64,000 bases of DNA from an uncultured Alphaproteobacteria bacterium. Its GTDB lineage: Bacteria; Pseudomonadota; Alphaproteobacteria; Rhodobacterales; Rhodobacteraceae. Of this stretch, positions 31,679-40,366 are shown in pieces (positions within the stretch are counted from its first letter, which is position 1; every line of letters begins with the position of its first letter). The position numbers and the translations under genes are program-made. The stretch lies in contig CAVWAE010000020.1 in NCBI GenBank assembly GCA_963752895.1, positions 60,878 through 124,877 of the forward strand. Reading direction: 5' to 3'. The notes beneath the pieces are model-generated. The model was not told where the DNA came from, ran no database searches, and saw only the letters and a program-made list of their open reading frames with translations.

Positions 31679-32244
31679 GTGCTGGTCTCCCAGGAAAAAG
31701 GCGAAGTCCAAGTGCTGAACGCGGGGGCGGCGGTATCTTTCGCGGAGACCTTGGCCTCGTCGGGCGAAATGCCCCAGTCGATCGCGAGACCCGGGTCGTT
31801 CCAGGCCACCGAGCCGTCCGCGGCCGCATCGTAGTAATTGTCGACCTTGTATTGCACAAGCGTATCGGGCGTCAGGGTGACGAAACCGTGCAGGAAGCCC
31901 CGCGGCACGAACAGCTGGTTGCCGGCCTCGGCAGACAGCTCCACGGTCTCCCAGCGGCCGAAACCGGGCGAGCCGCGGCGGACATCGACCACGACATCGC
32001 GGATCCGTCCCGAGATCACCCGCACGAGCTTGGCCTGGGCCGAGGGCGGCGCCTGATAGTGCAGGCCCCGCACCGTGCCCGGCGTAGCGGACAGGCTTTC
32101 GTTGTCCTGCACGAAGTCGGTCTCGATCCCCGCTTCGGAGAATCGTTGCCGGTTCCAGGTCTCCGAGAAATACCCCCTCGCGTCGCCGTGACGGGCCGGC
32201 GTCAGTACAACCACCCCGTCAAGCGACAAGCGTTCGACCTTCAT
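31675..32244 (-). CDS. rmlC: dTDP-4-dehydrorhamnose 3,5-epimerase
   Basis: ..[60 protein letters not shown]. 4-nt overlap with rmlB. Confidence 0.92.
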
Positions 32245-32367
32245 ACAATACCTCCGCGGCGCTGCCCCACCCGCGCGACCGCGCCGAGCGGGCTCTTGAT
32301 ACGTCCAAAAGCCCCCGACGTCATGGCATTGGCCCGCGGGTTTTCCGCCGGGTACCGGAAAAAGACT

Positions 32368-32385
32368 GTTTCTTCCAGAAGAAAC
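32368..32385. promoter_or_regulatory. Perfect palindrome GTTTCTTC-ca-GAAGAAAC between the tamB stop and the rmlC start
   Basis: Read directly. It lies about 125 bp upstream of the rmlC ATG and about 180 bp downstream of the tamB stop, so it could be a terminator or an operator. Confidence 0.35.
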
Positions 32386-32566
32386 CGGGAAGTTGAGCCC
32401 GGTTCGCGCGAAACGGGTGCGATTTGGCCCGCTGCCGACGGCCGGGATGGCGGATCCGATGACCTACGTGCGGCCAGGGTGCAACCGACCCCGGGCGCCT
32501 TTCCCGGCGGTCGGGGCGTGCACCCGCGCGGGCACGGCATTTTCAGTGGGGTGTGGGGCTGGAGGC

Positions 32567-35500
32567 TCAGTAGTCTTTCTCGAAATAGACACCGATCCCG
32601 GTCGTCCCGTCCGATCCGACGCTGCCGCGCGCGGTGACGTTCGGGGTGAGCGTGAGGTTGAGATTGACCTCGGCCCGGCCGTCCGCGCCGACGGTCACAT
32701 CCGTATAGATATTGTCGCTGATGTAGGTCCCCGCGCTGAGCTCGAGATCGCCCTCCGCATTGGTGGTGACGTCGAGGTCGTCGAGCCCGAAGCCTTCCCG
32801 CAGCCGCCCGATCGTGCCGGCGCCGCCCTTGCCCGACAGCGTGGCGATCGCCGAGGCGAGCTTCAGGGCCTGGAACGCACTAATTTGGTCGAGGCCGCGG
32901 CCGAAGACCAGCCGGGCGAGGATCTCGTCCTCGGGCAGGTCCGGCGAAGACGAGAAAGTGACGCTCGGGTTGGAGGCGAACCCCTCGACGGCGATCCGCA
33001 CGGAGACGTCGTCGACATCCGTCTCGGCCAGCAGCCTGAGCGACGGATCGAGACTGCCGCGCAGCGTGGCCGTGCCTTCGGTGAGCGCGAGCCGGTTGCC
33101 CAGGATGTCGAGCCGGCCGCGGATCAGGCTCACCCCGCCGGTTGTGACGACGTCGCGGGTGGTGCCGCCAACGGTGAGCGAACCACCGAGCTCGGCATCG
33201 AGACCGCGGCCGCGGATGAACACCGCGGACGGCGCGGCGATGGAGATGCCGAGCCCGTATTCGGCGCCGCTGCCGCCGCCGGACCCACTGCCCGTCTGCC
33301 CCGCGCGCGCCAGCGTGGCGCGTACGGCGGGCGGCGCACCGACATGGGTGAGGCCGTCGAGGCTGCCACCCGCGCCGAAGCCGGTTTCGGGGATCCTGAG
33401 TTCGACCGTACCGAGCTGAAGCCCGCCGGTGATGCTGGCCCCGCCCGCGAGTGCCCCGGACATCGCGAGATTGCCGCCGAGGGTGAGGTCGTAGAGGCTT
33501 TCGTCGCGCAGGCGGACGTTCTGCAAATCGATCGCGAGGTTGCCGAGGAAGGGCGCCGTCAGCGCCACCGGTCCGCGCACGAAGAGACGCCCGCCGGTCG
33601 AGACTTTGGCATTTGCGTCGATCGTCGCCTGTCCAGCGGCGAGACTGACGTCCACCGACAGCGGATCGAGCGCGAGCCCGACCGTGGGCAGCGCGGCCCG
33701 CGCGCCCCTGGTGGTGAGCGTGCCGGAGATCGATCCGAGCGCGAACGGGCCGTCGAGGCGCAGATCGAACGCAGCCATACCCGACAGCGCCCGGGGCGCG
33801 ATGCTGTCGTTCACGAGCGCGAGCGGCACCCGGCCGGTCAGCGTCAGGTTGGCGCTCTGGCCGTCGCCGTCGATGTCGCCGGACGCCTTGATCACCGTGC
33901 CGCCGGGACCGTCGCCGCTGGCTTTCACCCGCCAGCCGGCCTCGCTGAGCTTGGCGTCTCCGGAGAGGGTGAACGCACCCGGCAGACCCGGGACGAACTG
34001 ACCGAGATCGCGCAGACGACCATCGAATGTGACCCGCGGCAGATCTTCTTTCGCGCGCCCTTTGGCGTTGAGGCTGAGTTCCGGGGTCACCAGGCTGAAC
34101 TGGTCGACGATAAGCACGCCGTCGTTCTTGCGGCGGATCTCGAAACTGGCGGTCGAGGCACCGGCGGTCAGGCGGTCGGCGGCGCCGAGATCGAAATCGA
34201 GGTCCTGCCCGCTGGCGTCGCCTTCGAGGACGAACCTGCCGGTCTCGGGATCGAAGGTACCGGCCGCGCTGAAAGTCGCGCTGCCCGCGATGTCGCGCCG
34301 CGCGAGCCCGGACCAGCCGGAGAGCCGGGCAATGGCACCGGACAACTCGCCTGTGACCTTGACGACGCCGCGGGGTCTGGTCTCGGCCAGGCCGGAGAAG
34401 TTCACGCGCGCACCGCCGGGGCCGGAGGCGTCGAGCGACAGATCCCAGTCCCGCCCCCGTTGCAGCGCGGTCGCCTGCACCGAGAGCGGCCCGTCGAGCC
34501 CCTCGGCGACGAGCGCCGCGTTTGGCAGATCGAGCCGCAGCGCGAGCTGGCTGCCGGTCTTGGCGAGCCAGCCGGTACCTGTAGCCGCGGCCCCGGGGGC
34601 GCGGATATCGAGGCGCTCGATCTCGGTGCCCTCGGCGGTTCGCGCCGCCGAAATGGCCAGCGTGCTGGCTCCGGCGAAGAGGCGGTCGACCTCGGCCATC
34701 CCGATTCCGAGATCCTGCCCCGTCCCGGTGATGTCGATATCGAAAGGCCCGCCCGGCAGTGCCGCGTTGCCCTCGATGCGCAACCGTGCCGCGCCCGAGA
34801 GGTCCTGACCCGAGAGCGGGCCGAACCGAGAGAGATCGTCGGCGGTGAGCAGGACGGCGCCCTCGGCGACGAGGTCGAGCTTTTCGACCACGGTGTCGAG
34901 GGTGACATCGCCGGCGAGCCGGTAATCGGCCCCGCCGAGGGTGAGGTTGCTGAAGGCGAGCGTCTCGCCGCTGGTGCGGGCAAGGTCGAAACTGCCCGAA
35001 AGATTGGGTCCGAGCGCCGCCGTGGCGCTGCCCGGCGCGCCGGTGAGCCCGGTCGCGGTGAGATCGACATGGCCCCCGAAGGCCGGCAGCGCGCCGTCGG
35101 TCCCGGGCGTGAGCGTGCCCCGCCCCGAGAGCGTCGCGCGGGTGAGTTGCACATCCGGCCGCGAGAACCCGTCGAGAGTGATATCGGCCTGCCAGTCCTC
35201 GCCGAGGCTCGCGTCGTAGGCGAAAGTGAGGCCCAGCCGGTCGACCCAGCTCGGGTCGCCCCCGAACGGCAGGCGCACCGGGCCGCCGTCCGGCGCGACG
35301 ACAGCGCCGGTGAGCGAAACCCGCTCGGGCCAGCCGCCGGGAGCGATCACCGCGTTGCCGGAGAGGTTGAGCGCGTCGGCGGCAATATCGAGCCTGGACA
35401 GGTCGAGGCGGCCGTCCGCGGCGCGCTGGCCTTCGACGGCGAGCGCGACGTCGTCGCCGAAGAAATCGCGGTAATCGGGCGCCATCAGCGCGGTCGGATC

Positions 35501-36319
35501 GCCCGCGAGGTTGGCGGTGAAATTCAGCGGTGCCTCGGGCGTCGCGCGGTTCAGCGTGACCCGGCCGCCGATCCTGTCGGCGCCATCGGTCGCGAGCGCG
35601 AGATCGGCGACATAGTCGTCGATCGGGCCGGTGCCTTTGAGCTCGAACGACAAGGGCGCGCCGCCGGGCAGGCTGGTGAGCGTGGCGACGATGCCGTTCG
35701 CCCCCTCGTCGAGGTCGAGATCGAGCGCGAGCACGCCTGTGTCGTTGGCGTAGGCCGCCGCCACGGAGAACAAGCCCCTCTGGCCGTCGATGCGTTCGAG
35801 CGTCAAGGCGGCATCTCCGGCGCCCCCTTCGAGCTGGCCGCGCCCCTCCAGCCGAAGCTCGGCGGGCACGCCCAGAACCGGCTCGCCCAGCACCAGGCTG
35901 GCGGCGGAGATCTCGCCGATTTTGATCGAGACCGGCAACTCCGGCAGGGCGAAATCCGAGGTCGCGGGTTGCGGCCCGTCGTTCACCGCGACCGGACGGC
36001 GGACGATCTCGATCCGCTCGGCGGTGAGCGAGTCGATCTCCAACCGGCCCTTCAGCAGCGCCGAGCGGGTCCAGTCGAGCTCGGCGCCTTCCAGCGTGAG
36101 CCAGACTCCGTCGTCGTCGGCCACCGTGAGCCGTTCCATCGTCGCGCGCGACGACAGCGCGCCGGCGAAACCGGTGACCTCCACGGTGCGGCCCGCAGCC
36201 GACAGGTTGTCCTGCAGGAAGTTTTCGAGGATGGATTTGTCATCCGCCGCCTCGTCCTGGGCATATGCCGGCAGGACCGCGAACAGGGCCGCGGCAAGGA
36301 AAGGGGCAAACCGGGTCAA
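32567..36319 (-). CDS. tamB: Translocation and assembly module subunit TamB (DUF490 family)
   Basis: About 1250 aa. TTG start overlaps the tamA TGA (TTTTGA). N-terminal anchor LTRFAPFLAAALFAVLPAYA, long repetitive beta-rich body, C-terminal ..LELSAGTYISDNIYTDVTVGADGRAEVNLNLTLTPNVTARGSVGSDGTTGIGVYFEKDY. Confidence 0.85.
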   Translation of the reverse strand: MTRFAPFLAAALFAVLPAYAQDEAADDKSILENFLQDNLSAAGRTVEVTGFAGALSSRATMERLTVADDDGVWLTLEGAELDWTRSALLKGRLEIDSLTAERIEIVRRPVAVNDGPQPATSDFALPELPVSIKIGEISAASLVLGEPVLGVPAELRLEGRGQLEGGAGDAALTLERIDGQRGLFSVAAAYANDTGVLALDLDLDEGANGIVATLTSLPGGAPLSFELKGTGPIDDYVADLALATDGADRIGGRVTLNRATPEAPLNFTANLAGDPTALMAPDYRDFFGDDVALAVEGQRAADGRLDLSRLDIAADALNLSGNAVIAPGGWPERVSLTGAVVAPDGGPVRLPFGGDPSWVDRLGLTFAYDASLGEDWQADITLDGFSRPDVQLTRATLSGRGTLTPGTDGALPAFGGHVDLTATGLTGAPGSATAALGPNLSGSFDLARTSGETLAFSNLTLGGADYRLAGDVTLDTVVEKLDLVAEGAVLLTADDLSRFGPLSGQDLSGAARLRIEGNAALPGGPFDIDITGTGQDLGIGMAEVDRLFAGASTLAISAARTAEGTEIERLDIRAPGAAATGTGWLAKTGSQLALRLDLPNAALVAEGLDGPLSVQATALQRGRDWDLSLDASGPGGARVNFSGLAETRPRGVVKVTGELSGAIARLSGWSGLARRDIAGSATFSAAGTFDPETGRFVLEGDASGQDLDFDLGAADRLTAGASTASFEIRRKNDGVLIVDQFSLVTPELSLNAKGRAKEDLPRVTFDGRLRDLGQFVPGLPGAFTLSGDAKLSEAGWRVKASGDGPGGTVIKASGDIDGDGQSANLTLTGRVPLALVNDSIAPRALSGMAAFDLRLDGPFALGSISGTLTTRGARAALPTVGLALDPLSVDVSLAAGQATIDANAKVSTGGRLFVRGPVALTAPFLGNLAIDLQNVRLRDESLYDLTLGGNLAMSGALAGGASITGGLQLGTVELRIPETGFGAGGSLDGLTHVGAPPAVRATLARAGQTGSGSGGGSGAEYGLGISIAAPSAVFIRGRGLDAELGGSLTVGGTTRDVVTTGGVSLIRGRLDILGNRLALTEGTATLRGSLDPSLRLLAETDVDDVSVRIAVEGFASNPSVTFSSSPDLPEDEILARLVFGRGLDQISAFQALKLASAIATLSGKGGAGTIGRLREGFGLDDLDVTTNAEGDLELSAGTYISDNIYTDVTVGADGRAEVNLNLTLTPNVTARGSVGSDGTTGIGVYFEKDY

Positions 36320-38118
36320 AACGCCTGCCCGATCCCGATGTAGAGCTGGGCATCCCAGACGCTGTCGAGGCTGGCGCCCGGACCCGAGACCGGCACGGCC
36401 ACGTCGAGGCGGATCGGCCCCAGCCCGGTGTAGTAGCGCAGGCCCGCGCCGGCCCCGATCTGCCAATCGGCATTGTCGAGGAAGGTGTCGGCCCCGACCC
36501 TCCCCGCGTCGGCAAAGGCGACGAGGCCGATCGTGTCGGTCACCTTGTAGCGCAGCTCGGCGGAGCCGCCGAGGAAGGTGCGCCCGCCGATCGTGTCGCC
36601 GCCGCCGAGATCGACCCCCATCGATTGGTAGGGAAAGCCGCGTACGGTGCCGCCGCCGCCGGAGAAGAACAGGAAGTCGGACGGCACGTCTTCCGAGGAC
36701 GGCGCCGCGACATAGCCCACTTGGGCGCGGCCGGCGAGCACGAACCGACCGTCGGCGAAGCCGCGGTAGGCGCGCGCGTCGACATAGGTGCGGGCGCCGA
36801 AGGTCTCGCCGTTGAACTCGTAGAACGGCTCGGCCTCGGCCATGACATAGGTGCCCGTGGTCGGGTCGAGCTGGTTGTCGCGCCGGTCCCAGGTGAGGTC
36901 TGCGGGCAGCGAGAGGAAGGAAAAGCGCCGTTCTCCGAGATCGTCCTCGGTGATCGAGTAATGGTAGGCGAGCGCGGCTGAGCCCGCGAGTTCGGGGGTG
37001 AAATAGCGCTGCACCCCGGCCCCGCCACCGCCGCCGTAGAGCAGGTAGCCGGGATCGTCGAGGTAGCTGCCTTCGAGGAACACGAAGGCATCGTTGTCGG
37101 TGCCGAAGGCGGCGGGGATGTCGAGCCGGGCAAGCGCCTCGGCATCCATGCCGTCGAGCGTGCCGTCGATGCCGGAGATTTCGCCGTCTAGCCGAAGACG
37201 CTCGGCGCCGCCGAGCAGGTTGCGGTGCATCCAGAAGCCCGACAGCGACAGCCCTTCGAGCGACGCGAGCTCGGCGCCGAACCCGAAGCGGCGGGGTTTT
37301 TCATCCGTGAGCGCCACGGCGACATCCATCGTGTCGCCGGGGCCGAGGGTTTCGGCCTCGGTGAGCGCGACCGAGGCGAAGGCACCGGTGCGCCGCAGCC
37401 GTTGCGCGGCCAGGTCGACCTCGTCGGGAGAATAGACCTCGCCGGTCGGGAGCCCGGCGATCCGCTGGACCCGCTCCGCGCGCACCGCCGACGGGGTGGT
37501 CTGGACGAGGTCGCCGAGTGTGACCAGCGGCCCCGGCGTGAGACGGACGTTGGCATCAAGCGTCTGGTTGCGGTGATCGGCGGACACGCTCTGCGCCGCC
37601 ACCGCCGCCTTGGCCCGGCCGGCATCGCGCCAGTCGGACACCGCGGCGTCGACCGCGCCCTGCACCGCCCTGCTGTAGGCGGGCGCGCCGGCCTCGACCG
37701 CCGAGGGCGCGGTGGAGCCAGGGGCGCGCGGCCCGATCGCCACCTTGCCGAACTGGAACTGCGGGCCGGGATCGACCGCGACCGTGACGGAGCCGATCTG
37801 AGCGGGCGCGGCAAACGGCGACAGGGCCGCGGCTTCGCGGCCATCGACCCGGATCCGGACAACGCCGCCGTAATAGCCCTCGCCGTAGAGCGCGTTGACG
37901 AGGCGGGCGTAGTCGGCCCGCGCCGCCGCCAGCACATCGCGCGGGTCGCGGTCGGCCGTATCCTTGCCGGCATAGAGCAGCGATGCGCCCTGAAGCGCCG
38001 CGGTCACGGCCTTGTCGTCGCCCTTGACCATGAAATCGAGCTGTTGCGCAGGCGCAGGCAAAGCCGCCGCGGCCAGCGCGACGCCCAGAAAGCGAGGAAG
38101 CAATGTCAAATTGGCCAT
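36316..38118 (-). CDS. tamA: Omp85-family outer-membrane protein TamA
   Basis: Start at MANLTLLPRFLGVALAAAALPAPAQ (signal peptide). POTRA-like N-terminal half, then a beta-barrel ending ..LDSVWDAQLYIGIGQAF (terminal aromatic residue). Confidence 0.85.
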   Translation of the reverse strand: MANLTLLPRFLGVALAAAALPAPAQQLDFMVKGDDKAVTAALQGASLLYAGKDTADRDPRDVLAAARADYARLVNALYGEGYYGGVVRIRVDGREAAALSPFAAPAQIGSVTVAVDPGPQFQFGKVAIGPRAPGSTAPSAVEAGAPAYSRAVQGAVDAAVSDWRDAGRAKAAVAAQSVSADHRNQTLDANVRLTPGPLVTLGDLVQTTPSAVRAERVQRIAGLPTGEVYSPDEVDLAAQRLRRTGAFASVALTEAETLGPGDTMDVAVALTDEKPRRFGFGAELASLEGLSLSGFWMHRNLLGGAERLRLDGEISGIDGTLDGMDAEALARLDIPAAFGTDNDAFVFLEGSYLDDPGYLLYGGGGGAGVQRYFTPELAGSAALAYHYSITEDDLGERRFSFLSLPADLTWDRRDNQLDPTTGTYVMAEAEPFYEFNGETFGARTYVDARAYRGFADGRFVLAGRAQVGYVAAPSSEDVPSDFLFFSGGGGTVRGFPYQSMGVDLGGGDTIGGRTFLGGSAELRYKVTDTIGLVAFADAGRVGADTFLDNADWQIGAGAGLRYYTGLGPIRLDVAVPVSGPGASLDSVWDAQLYIGIGQAF

Positions 38119-38326
38119 GGCCGGATCCCACTCAGAACGAAGGGCCGAACCCGCAGCGCTTGTGCCCCTGCCGACTCGGACAGGGACCCAACGCTCTTGA
38201 TCAGCCCCGGGATCCATTATGTGCGCGCAGCGGCACAGGTTACAACTGCTCGTTAAGTCCCGTGGCGGCAATCGGCGAAAACGTGACACCCGCGCGCGGC
38301 AACCGGGTGGCGCCTGGAGAATGCGG

Positions 38327-38929
38327 TCAGAGGGGCAGGCTATGCGCGACGAGGATTGCCCAGATTTCGCGGTTGATCGCCTGGATGTCGGAAAGCGCCT
38401 GGTCGAACTCTGCGAGCGTGGCGCCGTCGAGCGATGTTTCGCCGCCGAGGCGCAGCCCTTTCTTGCGATCGGCGATCCGCATCTCGATGGCTCGCACTGG
38501 CCCGCCCGCGGCGTCGAAGGCATAGATCGAGTGGTTGAGGCGGTTGCGCAGGCCCGAAAGCCGCTTCATCCGGCCCGACACGTCGAGGATCTTCGCCCGG
38601 GCCTCTGCCTCCACCGGGCAGGGCTCTCGCTTGGCCAAGCGCTCGACCATGTCGAGCCGGGCCCGGCTGGTGTTGAGCGTGAGATGGAGGATCGTGGCGG
38701 TTTCCTTGTCGCAGGGCACCAGCCCCGCGAGCAGGTGGATCAGCAAGCTCTCGGTATTGGTCCAGGCATAATTCATCCGGCCGATACGGAGCAGGAACGC
38801 GTCGAATTCCGGCGGCGGCACGGCCCCGCCAACGCCCGCAGGCGTCCCGGGTGAGGCGGCGGGCGGGCGCTCAGCCACCTTGGCCATTCTGGTGATACCA
38901 GACCGCCGCCTCGGTGCGGTTCCGGACAC
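38327..38929 (-). CDS. Hypothetical helical protein, start uncertain (38929, 38887 or 38821)
   Basis: Only ORF-level support, plus its position between luxR and tamA on the same strand. No motif recognised. Confidence 0.4.
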   Translation of the reverse strand: MSGTAPRRRSGITRMAKVAERPPAASPGTPAGVGGAVPPPEFDAFLLRIGRMNYAWTNTESLLIHLLAGLVPCDKETATILHLTLNTSRARLDMVERLAKREPCPVEAEARAKILDVSGRMKRLSGLRNRLNHSIYAFDAAGGPVRAIEMRIADRKKGLRLGGETSLDGATLAEFDQALSDIQAINREIWAILVAHSLPL

Positions 38930-39635
38930 CGAGTTTGCCGATGATCCGGTGCATGTAGAGCTTGACGGTGTGCTCCGACAGCTCCAGCTCGCCCGCGATC
39001 AGCTTGTTGGGACTTCCGGCCGCGGCCATCGCCAGCACCTCGGCCTCGCGCGGCGTCAGCCCGTCTGGCCCCCGGGTCTCGCGCGCAGCGCTCGCATGCC
39101 CCGCCGTTTGGTCGCCAGACGCGGGCGCAGTGGCTGGCGCCGGGTCGGCCGCGATATTGGCCTCAGGCTCAGGCCGCGCCTGCAACAGCTCCGGCGGCAC
39201 GTAGTGGCCCCCGGACTGGATCACCTGCAGGAGCCGCACCCAGTTGGTGACATTGGTGTTCATCGGCAACAGGCTCACCCGCCATTGCAGAAGTTCGTCG
39301 CAGATGTCGGCGAACAGCGCGCAGGCCATGGTCTCGTTTTCGAAGGCGATCGCGAGCCGTTGTTTGGGCAGGTAATCCGCACCCTGCTCAAGCGCGCTCA
39401 GAAGCGCCCGCGCGCAGCTTTCGTGCACCACGACCATATATGCGGGTTTGACGGTTCCGGTTTCGGTCATCCGCGCGAAGCGCAACGCATCCAGGTCGGG
39501 GACCCGCTGCGTCGGGCCGTCGAACTCGTTTTCAACCGTGCGCAGCGCAACTCTCGAAAACATCGCGCTGGGCCCTACGAAGTAAACGCCACCAACGGAT
39601 GATCCGGCCGTAGCGGCCACATTTTGATAAGTCAT
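38871..39635 (-). CDS. LuxR/FixJ-family transcription regulator with degenerate (pseudo-) receiver domain
   Basis: C-terminal HTH LTPREAEVLAMAAAGSPNKLIAGELELSEHTVKLYMHRIIGKLGVRNRTEA. The N-terminal domain has receiver-like topology but lacks the acidic pocket (VYFVGPS, YMVVVHES, SLLPMN). Confidence 0.8.
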   Translation of the reverse strand: MTYQNVAATAGSSVGGVYFVGPSAMFSRVALRTVENEFDGPTQRVPDLDALRFARMTETGTVKPAYMVVVHESCARALLSALEQGADYLPKQRLAIAFENETMACALFADICDELLQWRVSLLPMNTNVTNWVRLLQVIQSGGHYVPPELLQARPEPEANIAADPAPATAPASGDQTAGHASAARETRGPDGLTPREAEVLAMAAAGSPNKLIAGELELSEHTVKLYMHRIIGKLGVRNRTEAAVWYHQNGQGG

Positions 39636-39812
39636 TTCCCACCCCCGTGGGCGCCGGAAACAGCGCCCGGATAAAAACGAGACGTCCGACTGGTTCTCGC
39701 GAAAAGCGACACCACACCACGGCCCGCGAGATCAAACTCAATACACTCAATCGATCAAAATCACTCGAATGATAGCACCAAACTAACCTTTTGAATATAA
39801 GTCATAGGGACT

Positions 39813-39857
39813 ATTTTATCGTGATAGAACAATCACTCACGAATATCGCGATAAAAT
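39813..39857. promoter_or_regulatory. 14-bp inverted repeat (13/14 match), candidate operator in the luxR / acidic-protein divergent region
   Basis: ATTTTATCGTGATA (39813-39826) .. TATCGCGATAAAAT (39844-39857). Each arm contains a TATCG(C/T)GATA palindrome. This is the most AT-rich patch of the window. Confidence 0.45.
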
Positions 39858-40304
39858 GCCGCAGGCACGCCCCACCGCGGCACCCGCCCCTCCGCGCGCA
39901 GGGGATCGCACCGACCCCAGCAGTCGCACACCCCCGCGCCGCGACGCCCTGCGCCGCGCGACCGCCCGGAAAAAGGGCGTTTTCGGCAAAATCCTGTCCA
40001 CAAGGCCCGCGGGCGGTCCTTCGACGCAGGACGTACTCCCAATGATCTAGTCGCAAACATTTTGCCCTTATCTTCTGGATTGTCCCGAAACGAAAAACAA
40101 ACTTTCGGGGAGTCCCCATTCGGCGATCACCCGAATTCGCAACTGTGAAAGACCCATGATTCGGCGCAGCATTTTCCTGTCGGGATATTCTCTCGACGAC
40201 CTTTGAATCCGCTCCCGGGTCCGACCCTATCGGGGTTCGTGCCAGATTGCGGACGCCTTGGGGGGCGTATCCGGGAACGATCAGGGGTGGAGGGGAGACC
40301 TCAC

Positions 40305-40343
40305 ATGACGAAACCGGTCCGACAGCAGCCGTTTGCGAGATGA
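40305..40343 (+). other. 12-codon upstream ORF (MTKPVRQQPFAR) with a strong Shine-Dalgarno
   Basis: GGTGGAGGGGAG lies 7 nt before the ATG, and the stop is 24 nt before the 40367 ATG. Sequence-level evidence only. Confidence 0.25.
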
Positions 40344-40366
40344 GTGACGGCATCGGACCATGAACC

